Shown: positions 28,477-38,265, counted from the stretch's first letter. The stretch: DNA of 64,000 nt from Pirellulales bacterium (GCA_044370415.1 JBILVO010000004.1:3467-67466); one strand, 5' to 3'. Notes: generated from the letters alone by a model not told the origin. Numbers and translations are program-made.

Positions 28477-29825
28477 GGGGGCCCCTCCGCCGCCGGCTCC
28501 GCGGCGAGCAGCTCGCGCTCCCGCACGAGCCCCTTGTCGGAGATGTCCTTGCGGCACCAGGCGCCCTGCCAGCGGATCTGCTTCACTCCCGTATACGCCT
28601 GGAGCTTCGCCCGCGCCAGCGACCCGCCGAGGGCGGTGACGGCCAGCACGCGGCCGCCGTCGCTGACGATCCTGCCGTCCGCGTGCCGCGTGGCCGCGTG
28701 AAAGACCTGCACGTCCGGCAGCCCGGCCGCCGCGTCGAGCCCGCGGATCTCGTGGCCCCGGCTGACCGTTCCAGGGTATCCCTCTGAAGCCATCACCACG
28801 GTCACGCTCGCGCCGTCCCGCCAGCGGGGCGGCTCCACGGCCTCGAGCCGCCGGTCCACGGCCGCGTCGAGCAGCTCCAGCAGGCTCGAATCCAGCCGCA
28901 TGAGGAGCGCCTCGCACTCCGGGTCGCCGAAGCGGGCGTTGAATTCCAGCACCTTCGGCCCCTGGGCGGTGAGCATCAGACCCGCGTAGAGAACGCCCTG
29001 GAAGGGGACCTTCGCCCGCCGCATCGCGTGGGCCGTCGGCACGAGGATGCGGGCCTCGATGTCGGCGAGCATGCTCGCATCCACGAACGGCGTGGGGCAG
29101 TAGGCGCCCATGCCACCGGTGTTGGGCCCCGTGTCGCCGTCGTGCGCCGCCTTGTGATCCTGCAGCGGCGGCAGCGTCACGATCGTCCTGCCGTCGGTGA
29201 TCGCCATCACGCTCACCTCGACGCCGTCGAGCCGTTCCTCGATGAGGATCCCCTTGGCGGCGGCCGCGAACTGGGGATCGCCGGCGAGGCTCTCGACGGC
29301 CGCCAGCGCCTCCGCGCGGTCGTCGCAGACGAACACACCCTTGCCCGCCGCCAGCCCGTCGGCCTTGACGACGACCGGCATGTCCTCGCGGGCCTCGAGG
29401 TATTCGCGGGCCCGCGCCGCACCGCGAAACTCGCGGAACATGGCGGTGGGGACGTCGCCCCGATGCAGGATCTGCTTGCAGAAGAGCTTGCTGCCCTCGA
29501 GCTGCGCGGCCTTCGCCGTCGGACCGAAGATCCGCAGCCCCGCGGCCTCGAACGTGTCGACGATGCCGGCGACGAGGGGCGCCTCCGGACCGACGACGGT
29601 GAGGTCGACCTGGCGATCGCGGGCGAGCCGCACCAGGCCCGCCAGATCGTCGGCGGGCACGGCCACGTTTTCGGCGACGGCCGCCGTACCGGCGTTGCCT
29701 GGGGCGACCAGCACATCGGCTCCGTCCGCGGCCAGCTTCCAGGCGATGGCGTGCTCGCGCCCGCCTCCGCCCACCACGAGCACGCGACGCGATGGACCTG
29801 CTGACGTGCGGCGCGATGATGGCAA
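28473..29825 (-). CDS. purD: Phosphoribosylamine-glycine ligase (start uncertain; TTG after GAAGGA chosen)
   Basis: VLVVGGGGREHAIAW, APGNAG, LEGSKLF, VVKADGLAAGKGV, QDHK...GPNTGGMGAY, EFNARFGDPE. Confidence 0.95.
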   Translation of the reverse strand: MPSSRRTSAGPSRRVLVVGGGGREHAIAWKLAADGADVLVAPGNAGTAAVAENVAVPADDLAGLVRLARDRQVDLTVVGPEAPLVAGIVDTFEAAGLRIFGPTAKAAQLEGSKLFCKQILHRGDVPTAMFREFRGAARAREYLEAREDMPVVVKADGLAAGKGVFVCDDRAEALAAVESLAGDPQFAAAAKGILIEERLDGVEVSVMAITDGRTIVTLPPLQDHKAAHDGDTGPNTGGMGAYCPTPFVDASMLADIEARILVPTAHAMRRAKVPFQGVLYAGLMLTAQGPKVLEFNARFGDPECEALLMRLDSSLLELLDAAVDRRLEAVEPPRWRDGASVTVVMASEGYPGTVSRGHEIRGLDAAAGLPDVQVFHAATRHADGRIVSDGGRVLAVTALGGSLARAKLQAYTGVKQIRWQGAWCRKDISDKGLVRERELLAAEPAAEGPP

Positions 29826-30024
29826 GGGACCGTGTCCTTCTCGGGAGGTGGCTCGGTGCGGATTGTGCCGCGAGCATTCCACCACATTCAAGCGGCCCGC
29901 GGTTCAGACGGCCTGCGGCAAGGCGTGCGCTGCCGCGATGCCCGCGAGAATTTCCACCCCTTCCATGCTCCAGACGTCCGCTGTCCGAAGCTGCACAGCC
30001 CAGAACTGCGTCGGCGGGATCGTC

Positions 30025-30069
30025 ACCGACAGCGGCCGGACCGACAGCGGCCGGACCGACAGCAGCCGG
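30025..30069. repeat. 3 x 15-bp tandem repeat in the purD-qcrA intergenic region
   Basis: ACCGACAGCGGCCGG x2 + ACCGACAGCAGCCGG. Confidence 0.8.
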
Positions 30070-30178
30070 ACGGGGGCCGGGTGGCGAGCCGGAGCCCCCT
30101 CGACGGCATCCCGCGGCGACGCCCCCTCGCCGAAGCGGCAGGAAGTCCCCGCTTTTCCGAACTACAGTTGAATAAGGG

Positions 30179-30204
30179 GAGTTCGTGAAAAAAATCACGA
30201 ACTC
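30179..30204. promoter_or_regulatory. Perfect palindromic operator candidate upstream of the respiratory cluster
   Basis: GAGTTCGTGA-AAAAAA-TCACGAACTC; GTGA-N6-TCAC core as in CRP- and Rex-type sites. Confidence 0.6.
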
Positions 30205-30326
30205 TGCCGTTCGCGGTCGAAACCTGCTTTTTGGGCGGCTGCACGGGCGGTTCCGAGACGCCTCGCCGAGGTCTCGGGGCCAGCCGCGTCGTCCATCTGG
30301 CGCAGCCACTTTTCGGGGCGTATCGG

Positions 30327-31403
30327 ATGTCTGAAAAGAAGAAAATGTCGGTGGCTGAAATCATGGCCGCGGCGCGGGCCCAAAAGGCCGCCGCCACGGG
30401 CTCCGAAGCGACGCCCGAAACCGCCGCGGAGCCGACAGCCGACCCGCCAGCCTCTCCGAAAACAGCTGCCCCGAAGACCGCGGCGGCAAAGCCCGCGGCG
30501 GCCTCTGCGGGCGGCAGGCCCAGCGTCGCCGAAATGATGGCGATGGCTCGCGCTCAGAAGTCGGGCGATGCGGCGGCCGCACCGAAGCCGGCGGCCAAGC
30601 CGGCCGCGGCGGCCGACAAGCCCAAACCCGCCGCCAAGCCGGCGGCAGCGAAGCCGGCGGGCGGCGCGCCGAAGACCGGCGTGCAGCGCGACACCGCAAG
30701 CATCCTCGCAGCGGCGCGGGCGGCCGCGAAGCCGGGCCCCGTCAGCAAGGCCGACGCGCCCCCCGGGGTCGCCGCCCGACTCCAGCCCGCCGCGAAGGCC
30801 AAGTCCGCAGTCGAAAAGCCCGCGGCGGCGCCGCGGGCACTGCCTCCGATGCCGGTGAGGCCCGCGAAGCCGGCGAAGAAGGACGCGGCGGGGGAGAATC
30901 GTCGCGGCTTCCTCGAAATCGCGCTCGGATCGTTCATGGCGATGGGCTTCAGCGCCCTATCGGTCACCGGCGGGCTCTTCACGCTGGGCCTCGCGCGATA
31001 CATGTTTCCCAACGTCCTCGCCGAGCCTCCGAGCCGCTTCAAGGTGGGCTTCAAGGAGGGCTTCCCTGCCGGCAAGGTGGAGACGAAGTTCGTCCCGCAG
31101 TACGGCGTGTGGGTCGTGAACGGCGAGTTCCAGGGGCAGCAGCAGATCTACGCCCTGAAGACCGTGTGCACGCACCTCGGCTGCACGCCCAACTGGCTCG
31201 AGGCCGAGCAGAAGTTCAAGTGCCCCTGCCACGGCAGCGGGTTCTACAAGGACGGCATCAACTTCGAGGGGCCCGCGCCGCGGCCGCTGGAGCGGTACGC
31301 CGTGCGGATCTCCGACGACGGCCAGCTCGAGATCGACAAGAGCCGGGCCTTCCAGGAGGAACTCGGCCAGTGGGCCGACCCCGACTCGTTCGTGCCCGTC
31401 TGA
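30327..31403 (+). CDS. qcrA: Rieske iron-sulfur subunit of a Rieske/cytochrome b complex, with long low-complexity N-terminal extension
   Basis: Tat motif NRRGFL + TM; CTHLGC and CPCHGSGF; GPAPRPL. Confidence 0.93.
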   Translation: MSEKKKMSVAEIMAAARAQKAAATGSEATPETAAEPTADPPASPKTAAPKTAAAKPAAASAGGRPSVAEMMAMARAQKSGDAAAAPKPAAKPAAAADKPKPAAKPAAAKPAGGAPKTGVQRDTASILAAARAAAKPGPVSKADAPPGVAARLQPAAKAKSAVEKPAAAPRALPPMPVRPAKPAKKDAAGENRRGFLEIALGSFMAMGFSALSVTGGLFTLGLARYMFPNVLAEPPSRFKVGFKEGFPAGKVETKFVPQYGVWVVNGEFQGQQQIYALKTVCTHLGCTPNWLEAEQKFKCPCHGSGFYKDGINFEGPAPRPLERYAVRISDDGQLEIDKSRAFQEELGQWADPDSFVPV

Positions 31404-31469
31404 GCCACGCCCCCCGCGACCTACTGACAGACCAAACAGGACCACCGGAACAGGAAACGACAGCCCCCC

Positions 31470-32243
31470 ATGGCCATCGGCGAAACCATCCGCAACTCCC
31501 AGATCTGGAAGAGCATCTTCCGGCATCCGATGCCGCTCGACAGGCGGAACCGGATCGTCGTGATGCTGACGAACTTCTTCCTGCACCTTCACCCGGTGTC
31601 GATCAAGAAGCAGGGCATCGCCCTGTCGTTCACCTGGTGCATGGGCGGCGTGACCTTCTTCCTGTTCCTCGTGGAGACGGTCACCGGCGTGCTGCTGATG
31701 TTCTACTACCGTCCCACGCTCGAGTGGGCCTACAACGACATCCTCGCTCTCCGCGACGTCACGAGCCTCGGCATCCTGCGGGAGCTCCATCGCTGGGGAG
31801 CCCATGCGATGGTGATCACCACGTGGCTGCACATGTATCGCGTGTTCCTCACCGGCAGCTACAAGCCGCCGCGCGAGTTCAACTGGGTGATTGGCGTGAT
31901 CCTGCTGTTGCTCACGCTCTTGCTCTCGTTCACCGGCTACCTCCTGCCGTGGGACCAGCTGGCGATCTGGGCCATCACGGTCGGCTCCAACATGGCCCGC
32001 GCCACCCCGATCCTCGGCTACGAGGGCCCCGGCCAGCAGCTGCTCACGATCGGCGGGATCGACATGATCACCGACGGCTCCGACGCGAGGTTCGGCCTGC
32101 TCGGCGCCCGCTTCGTGGGCGAGGAAACGCTCAACCGCTTCTACGTGCTGCACTGCATCGCCATCCCGCTCGTGGTGGCACTGCTCCTGGCGATCCACTT
32201 CTGGCGCGTGCGAAAGGACGGCGGCATCAGCGGGCCGCTGTAG
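31470..32243 (+). CDS. qcrB: Cytochrome b6-type N-terminal subunit
   Basis: WCMGG, heme ligands LHRWGAH..WLH and [26 protein letters not shown]; ends [10 protein letters not shown] like cyt b6. Confidence 0.93.
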   Translation: MAIGETIRNSQIWKSIFRHPMPLDRRNRIVVMLTNFFLHLHPVSIKKQGIALSFTWCMGGVTFFLFLVETVTGVLLMFYYRPTLEWAYNDILALRDVTSLGILRELHRWGAHAMVITTWLHMYRVFLTGSYKPPREFNWVIGVILLLLTLLLSFTGYLLPWDQLAIWAITVGSNMARATPILGYEGPGQQLLTIGGIDMITDGSDARFGLLGARFVGEETLNRFYVLHCIAIPLVVALLLAIHFWRVRKDGGISGPL

Positions 32244-32253
32244 ACCGAACCCC

Positions 32254-33579
32254 ATGCACTCAAACGGCTTTTTTCTCAAGGACGTCGCCGGCTTCCTGGG
32301 CGGCTACTACACGTTCGTAGCGCTGATGAACGGCGTCGCCGCCTTCATTCTCTGGCGCCGTAAGAACCAGCCCGGCTGGGCCGTGGTCTGGGCGACGTTC
32401 GCCGGGATCATGATGATCCTCGCCAGCCTGGCGCTGTCCGGCTCGGCCTCGCTGGTGCCGGCGCTGCCGCTGTCGGCCCGCATGCTGGTCAACACGCTCT
32501 CCGGTCCGGTGCTCTACACGCTCGGCACGACGGCGCTGTTCACGATCTTGTTCGTCTTCCGGCGGTTCTTCGTGAAGCCGATGGTCGCCTGGACGATCCT
32601 CAACGCTGCCCTCGTGCTGATGGGCCTCTCAATGGCCGACGAGAACTTCGCCTCCATCGTCATGAAGCCCGACAACGTGCCGATCGTCGGCCTGGTGTTC
32701 CTGCTGGCCTTCTTCACCTGGCTCGCGACGAGCAAGGCCGTCGTCAACGACGACAGGATCGCGCAGGGCCTGCCCCCGCTCGAGAAACTCGACGACGAGA
32801 AGGTGCTCGTGTGGCCCGACTTGGTCTACACGGAGCTGATCTGCATGATCGCCGTGTCGGCGTTCCTGCTCGTCTGGGCGATCTTCCTCCAGGCGCCGCT
32901 CGAGGAGCCGGCCAGCAGCGTCAAGACTCCCAACCCGTCGAAAGCGCCGTGGTACTTCCTTGGGTTGCAGGAGATGCTCGTCTACTTCGATCCCTGGTAT
33001 GCGGGAGTCGTGCTGCCGAGCCTGGTCGTATTCGGCCTGATGGCGATGCCCTACCTGGACTTCAACAAGAAGGGCAACGGCTACTACTCGATCGAGGAGC
33101 GCAAGTTCAGCTACCTCGTGTACCAGTTCGGTTTTTTCGAACTCTGGATCACGCTGATCATCCTCGGCACGTTCCTCCGTGGCCCCAACTGGAACTTCTT
33201 CGGGCCGTTCGAGTATTGGACTCCCTACAAGGTCGAGGTGCTCAACAACGTCGATCTTCCGCAGATGTTCTGGGTCAACCTGCTCGACCGCCCGCTGCCT
33301 CGTGCGCCGCAGGGCGCAAGCGCGTTGACTCAGGTCGGAACCATCTTGCTGCGTGAATCGCCGGGGATCGTGCTGATGGGAGCCTACCTCTTGCTCCTGC
33401 CGCCGCTGCTCGCGGTCACCGTGTTCCGTTCGTTCTTCGCCAAGATGGGTTTCGTGCGGTACATGCTGATGGCGAACCTGATGCTGCTGATGTTGTCGCT
33501 GCCACTGAAGATGATCCTGCGGTGGACGCTCAACCTGAAATACATCGTGAGCATTCCCGAATTCTCTCTCAACTTCTAG
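32254..33579 (+). CDS. Expanded subunit IV (PetD/QcrC-like, cytochrome b C-terminal domain) with extra TM helices
   Basis: VWPDLVYTEL, LEEPASSVKTPNPSKAPWYFLGLQEML; many additional hydrophobic segments. Confidence 0.82.
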   Translation: MHSNGFFLKDVAGFLGGYYTFVALMNGVAAFILWRRKNQPGWAVVWATFAGIMMILASLALSGSASLVPALPLSARMLVNTLSGPVLYTLGTTALFTILFVFRRFFVKPMVAWTILNAALVLMGLSMADENFASIVMKPDNVPIVGLVFLLAFFTWLATSKAVVNDDRIAQGLPPLEKLDDEKVLVWPDLVYTELICMIAVSAFLLVWAIFLQAPLEEPASSVKTPNPSKAPWYFLGLQEMLVYFDPWYAGVVLPSLVVFGLMAMPYLDFNKKGNGYYSIEERKFSYLVYQFGFFELWITLIILGTFLRGPNWNFFGPFEYWTPYKVEVLNNVDLPQMFWVNLLDRPLPRAPQGASALTQVGTILLRESPGIVLMGAYLLLLPPLLAVTVFRSFFAKMGFVRYMLMANLMLLMLSLPLKMILRWTLNLKYIVSIPEFSLNF

Positions 33580-33669
33580 GAGCCGGGCCGTCGCTTCCGG
33601 ACGCCACGGCGGTGCCGTCGCGAACGGCCTCCGCCCCGCACCCCCGGAACCCCTCACGCTCGGACACCG

Positions 33670-36600
33670 ATGCCTGCCACAGAACAGACCTGGCGTAATT
33701 TGAAGGTGCTGCACGTCGTCTTCGGCGTCGTGGCCATCCTGCTGCTGCTGGCGACCGTGCTCATGCTGGCGATCGACCACGACCGCCCGTGGAAGAAGTA
33801 CCAGCGGGAGTTCCGCGCCCTCGAGACCTGGTCGGCGGCCGCCCGGATCGACGAGCAGGAGTCGCGTTCGTTCGCCGAGCAGTCCACGACGCTGGAGGCA
33901 GCGGTCGCCGAGGCCCGCCGCGCGAGCCTCGATCCCTCGCTGGCCGACGCCTTCATCGCCCAGGTCCGCAGCGTGCCGGCCGACGCCGAGGCCGCGGACC
34001 GGGCCAAGCTCGACATCGACCAGCTGCAGTCCCAACCCGACCCCGAGCAGCGGCTCGTGCTCCGCGGAGACCTGCTCGCGCGGCTGCGCGACATCGTCGG
34101 CCGTGCCAAGTTCCGCGAGGACCTGCTCGCGGGCCAGCTCAAGCTCCGCAAGGCCGAGCTCGACAAGAACCGCGCCGACTACGAGCTCGCCGTCGCTGAG
34201 GACGCCGCCCAGGAGAAGCTCGTCGCGCTGCTGGCGGTCGCCGACGCCAAGCGGGCCGAGGTGACGACCGCCACGCTCGACTTCCAGACAGCTAACACGC
34301 ACCGCAAGACGCTCGACGCCATGCTGCGGAAGCTCACGGCGGACGAGGACGCCGCGGCCAAGGCTCTCGCCGACCATCGCGGCAAGCTCGGCCAGCTCGC
34401 CAAGGCGCTCAAGGAGCGGGCGCCCAACGCCGGCAAGTCGCTCCTGGAGCTGCCGGTGCTCGACGCGTTCAACGGACCGCTCCGTGTCGACCAGATCTGG
34501 CTGCCACAGCTGACGCTCAACAACAACTTCCGCGACGTGGCCCGGTTCGACCGCTGCGTCACCTGCCACAAGGGCATGGACAAGTCGGTGCCCGGATCAC
34601 CCACCGACCCCGCCTACCGGCAGACGGAAATGGTCACGGTTTCGCTGCCGGCCCCCGCGAAGGCGTCGGAGAAGCAGGCCGGCGACGGCAACGCCCAGCT
34701 CGAGGACGCCTACGGATTCCACATCGCCCCGCGCGGCCTGTTCCGCCCCGAGGATCCGACCGTCAGCACCGTGCTGCCGGAGTCACCCGCGGCTGCAGCG
34801 GGCCTGATGAGCGGCGACGTCATCGTTGACATCGGCGGGGGCAAGACGCTCGCCCGCCAGATGGCGGTCACGAGCCTGCTGGAGACGCCCAGTTCGGGCA
34901 AGCCGCTGGAGCTCACCGTCCGCCGTGGCGTGCCGCAGCCCTACGCGACGCACCCGCGGCTCGATCTCTTCGTCGGTTCCACCAGCCCGCATCCGATGCA
35001 GACGTTCGGCTGCACGGTCTGCCACCAGGGGCAGGGGAGTGCGACCAGTTTCAAGTGGTCGTCGCACACGCCCAATACGCCGAAGCAGGGGCACGAGTGG
35101 CATGACGAGCATGGTTGGTTCAACAACCACCACTGGATTTACCCGATGCTGCCGCAGCGGTTCGAGGAGTCGAGCTGCCTGAAATGCCACCACCAGGTCG
35201 TCGACCTCGAGCCGACCGAGCGGTTCCCCGAGCCGCCGGCGCCGAAGCTCGTGGAGGGCTACCACCTGATCCGGCAGTACGGCTGCTACGGCTGCCACGA
35301 GATCAACGGCTGGTCCGGCCCCGACAAGCGGATCGGCCCCGACATGCGGCTGGGGCCCAACTACCACGAGGTGGCGGAGGCGGTCTCCGCCGATCCCGGC
35401 CTGGCGGCGCTCGGCCCGACGGCGAACCGCTGGGTGGAGGAAGTCCGCTCGAGTCCCGACGGTCGGCAGTCGCGCGAGCGGCTCCGCGAATTGCTCGAGC
35501 GCGACGCTGCCGCCGGCGACGCCGCGAAACTGCAGCCGCGTTCGCATCAGCTCGCCGTGCTGCTCAAGGACCCCGAGACGCCGGGAACGCTGCCGAAGGT
35601 CGGCCCGAGCCTGCGGCACGTCGCCAGCAAGGTCGGCTTCGACTGGCTTTACTCCTGGCTGCGAAATCCCCAGGACTTCCGCCCGAGCACGAAGATGCCC
35701 CGCTTCTTCGGCCTCTGGGAGCACCTCGAGGGGAAGGGACTCGAGGAATCGATGCGCTACGAGCCGCTCGAGATCCGCTCGATGATCGCCTACCTGCAGC
35801 GCTCGAGCCAACCGTTCGAGTACGTGAAGCCCTACGACGGCATCACCGCCGCCCCCGACGTGGTCAGGGGCAGGAAGGTGGTCGAGGTGCGCGGGTGCCT
35901 CGCCTGCCACCAGCACGCCGACTTCCCGGCCGCGACCAGCACCCACGGCCCGAACCTGTCGCGGATCGGAGCCAAGGTCGCCTCCCTGCCGCGCGGCAAG
36001 GACTGGCTCTACAGCTGGCTCCGCGAGCCCGCCCGCTACCATCCGCGGACCATCATGCCCAACGTGCTCCTCGAGCCGGTGACGCTCGCCGACGGCAAGG
36101 TCAGCGACCCTGCGGCCGACGCGACCGCCTACCTGCTGCAGTCGACCGAGCAGTGGAAGCCCACCGAGATCCCGGCGGCCGCCTCGCTCACGGACGACGA
36201 GCGCAAGGCGCTCGACGAGCTGGCGCTGATGTATCTCAAGGAACGGTTCCCCACCACCAAGGCCCAGGAGGTGCTCGCCTCGGGACTCTCGGCCGACCAG
36301 TCCCGGATCCAGGGGGACGAACAGATGCTGCTCGGCCTCGCGCCGGCGAACCGTGACGCCACCTTGCTGCACTACGTCGGCAAGAAGACCATCGCCAAGC
36401 TCGCCTGCGCCTCCTGCCACGACATCCCCGGGTTCGAGGACGCCAAGGCGGCCGGCGCGGCGCTGGCCGACTGGGGCCGCAAGGACCCCTCGAAGATCGC
36501 GTTCGAGCAGGTCTCGCACTTCGTCATGCACCAGCTTGCCGACGGCCATGGCCATGGCCACGGGCATGCCCACGACAAGACCCATGCTCAGCACCAGGCG

Positions 36601-38265
36601 CAGGCCCACGCTCCGGGCCATGCCCAAGCCCACGGCACGCAACCAGGGCACGCCGCGACGCATGCGGAGAAGGACGGCCACGGCACCCCGCAGGACGATT
36701 CGTTGGCCACCGATCTGGCCTACGCGTCCACCGAGACCCCGCACCTGAATCCCGAATCGGTCGATTCCGACACCGGCTTCTTCCTCGAGAAGCTCCTCGC
36801 GCACGAGCGTGAGGGCTTCCTCTGGCAGAAGCTGCGGGCGCCGCGGAGCTACGACTACAAGAAGGCGGAGAACAAGAGCTATAACGAGCGCTACCGCATG
36901 CCGAAGTTCCCTTTCGACGACCGGCAGCGGGAGGCGGTGATGACCTTCGTGCTGGGGCTTGTCGCGGAGCCGCCCGCACCGCAATTCGTGAGCCGGCCCG
37001 ACGCCCGTGAGCAGGCCCGGCTCGACGGCCTCAAGGTCGCGGAACAGTACAACTGCGGTGGCTGTCATGCGCTGCAGATGGATCGCTGGGACGTCCGCTA
37101 CAAGCCGGGCTCCCTCGGCGATGCTTCCGAGGTGGCGGACTATCCGTTCCTGTCGCCGCACTTCACCGACCAGGATGTGCAGAAATCGCTCGCCGTCGAC
37201 CGGCAGGGCAGGCGGCACGCCCGGCTCGTCGGCATGCCGGTGCTCGACCCGGCCACCGGCCGGCCACAGTTCGTCGACGAGGACGGCGTCCCGATCGAGG
37301 AGGGAGACACCGAGGCGGCTCCGCACCAGCCCGTGATGCTCTGGCACGACGCGCTCGTCGATGGCCAGCCCAGGATCGTCGGCGGCCAGAACGTCGTCGT
37401 GCCGATCGATGCCGTGAAGGCCGGCACCCACTATCCCTCCCGCGGCGGCGATCTCGCCCGCCTGCTGTTCCCGGTCGTAATCGCCGACGAGAAGCAGATC
37501 AACCCGAACGTCAAGGCCGACGACGCCTGGGGCTGGCTGCCGCCGCCGCTTGTGGGCGAGGGGAAGAAGGTGCAGTCCGGCTGGCTGCACAAGTTCCTGC
37601 TCAACCCGCAGACCATCCGGCCGTCCGCCGTGCTGCGGATGCCGCGGTTCAACTTCCAGTCGTCGGAGGCGGCCGCCCTGGTCGAATACTTCGCGGCCGT
37701 CGACGGCGCCGACTCGCCCTACGTCTATGATCCGCGTCTCGACGAGAGCTCGCTCGCCGCGACGGAGCAGGGCAAGCCCGGCCACCTCGAGGGCGCGCTC
37801 AAGATCGTCACCAACAACAACTACTGCGTGAAGTGCCACCTCGTCGGCAGCTACTCGCCGCCGGGCAACCCGAAGGCGCTCGCGCCGCAGCTGGAGCGGG
37901 TGCACGAGCGGCTGCGGCCCGACTACGTGCACAATTGGATCGCCAATCCGAAGCGCTACCTGCCCTACACCGGCATGCCGGTGAACATCCCGTACGACAA
38001 GCCTGTGAGCCAGGATCTCTACGCGGGCACGAGCGAGCAGCAGGTAGACGCCCTCACGGATCTGCTCATGCACTTCGACGCCTTCGCCAAGCGGAGCCTG
38101 TCGCTGGAGGCCTACCTACGGCAGCAGCCCGCCCCCCAGCAGGGGCAGCAGCCGGCTGCCAGCGTGTCTCCCGGCGAGCAGCCCGTTCCCGACACAACGC
38201 CTGCCGAACGGCGGGTTCCGCCGCAGGCGTCAGCCTCCCGAGGGCCGTCCACGGCGCTAAACTGA
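33670..38265 (+). CDS. Membrane-anchored octaheme cytochrome c with coiled coil, PDZ domain and His-rich insert
   Basis: Eight CxxCH motifs (34555, 35011, 35176, 35284, 35896, 36406, 37054, 37825); N-terminal TM; PDZ-like VSTVLPESPAAAAGLMSGDVIVDI. Confidence 0.9.
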   Translation: MPATEQTWRNLKVLHVVFGVVAILLLLATVLMLAIDHDRPWKKYQREFRALETWSAAARIDEQESRSFAEQSTTLEAAVAEARRASLDPSLADAFIAQVRSVPADAEAADRAKLDIDQLQSQPDPEQRLVLRGDLLARLRDIVGRAKFREDLLAGQLKLRKAELDKNRADYELAVAEDAAQEKLVALLAVADAKRAEVTTATLDFQTANTHRKTLDAMLRKLTADEDAAAKALADHRGKLGQLAKALKERAPNAGKSLLELPVLDAFNGPLRVDQIWLPQLTLNNNFRDVARFDRCVTCHKGMDKSVPGSPTDPAYRQTEMVTVSLPAPAKASEKQAGDGNAQLEDAYGFHIAPRGLFRPEDPTVSTVLPESPAAAAGLMSGDVIVDIGGGKTLARQMAVTSLLETPSSGKPLELTVRRGVPQPYATHPRLDLFVGSTSPHPMQTFGCTVCHQGQGSATSFKWSSHTPNTPKQGHEWHDEHGWFNNHHWIYPMLPQRFEESSCLKCHHQVVDLEPTERFPEPPAPKLVEGYHLIRQYGCYGCHEINGWSGPDKRIGPDMRLGPNYHEVAEAVSADPGLAALGPTANRWVEEVRSSPDGRQSRERLRELLERDAAAGDAAKLQPRSHQLAVLLKDPETPGTLPKVGPSLRHVASKVGFDWLYSWLRNPQDFRPSTKMPRFFGLWEHLEGKGLEESMRYEPLEIRSMIAYLQRSSQPFEYVKPYDGITAAPDVVRGRKVVEVRGCLACHQHADFPAATSTHGPNLSRIGAKVASLPRGKDWLYSWLREPARYHPRTIMPNVLLEPVTLADGKVSDPAADATAYLLQSTEQWKPTEIPAAASLTDDERKALDELALMYLKERFPTTKAQEVLASGLSADQSRIQGDEQMLLGLAPANRDATLLHYVGKKTIAKLACASCHDIPGFEDAKAAGAALADWGRKDPSKIAFEQVSHFVMHQLADGHGHGHGHAHDKTHAQHQAQAHAPGHAQAHGTQPGHAATHAEKDGHGTPQDDSLATDLAYASTETPHLNPESVDSDTGFFLEKLLAHEREGFLWQKLRAPRSYDYKKAENKSYNERYRMPKFPFDDRQREAVMTFVLGLVAEPPAPQFVSRPDAREQARLDGLKVAEQYNCGGCHALQMDRWDVRYKPGSLGDASEVADYPFLSPHFTDQDVQKSLAVDRQGRRHARLVGMPVLDPATGRPQFVDEDGVPIEEGDTEAAPHQPVMLWHDALVDGQPRIVGGQNVVVPIDAVKAGTHYPSRGGDLARLLFPVVIADEKQINPNVKADDAWGWLPPPLVGEGKKVQSGWLHKFLLNPQTIRPSAVLRMPRFNFQSSEAAALVEYFAAVDGADSPYVYDPRLDESSLAATEQGKPGHLEGALKIVTNNNYCVKCHLVGSYSPPGNPKALAPQLERVHERLRPDYVHNWIANPKRYLPYTGMPVNIPYDKPVSQDLYAGTSEQQVDALTDLLMHFDAFAKRSLSLEAYLRQQPAPQQGQQPAASVSPGEQPVPDTTPAERRVPPQASASRGPSTALN

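Noticed and set aside
30025-30069. 15-bp x3 repeat as a functional regulatory element
   Set aside because: Simple slippage-type repeat, non-palindromic, with no evidence of function; listed only as a feature
28477-30309. N-terminal 611 aa of the 946-aa ORF 27469-30309
   Set aside because: Alternative frame over purD; the real oxidoreductase begins at MKLRVGIVGLG (28476)
34783-38073. 1096-aa minus-strand ORF (likewise 5021-8242, 42365-44476, 57499-61302 and many shorter ones)
   Set aside because: Antisense shadows of well-supported genes; expected in high-GC DNA with biased codon usage; no recognisable motifs
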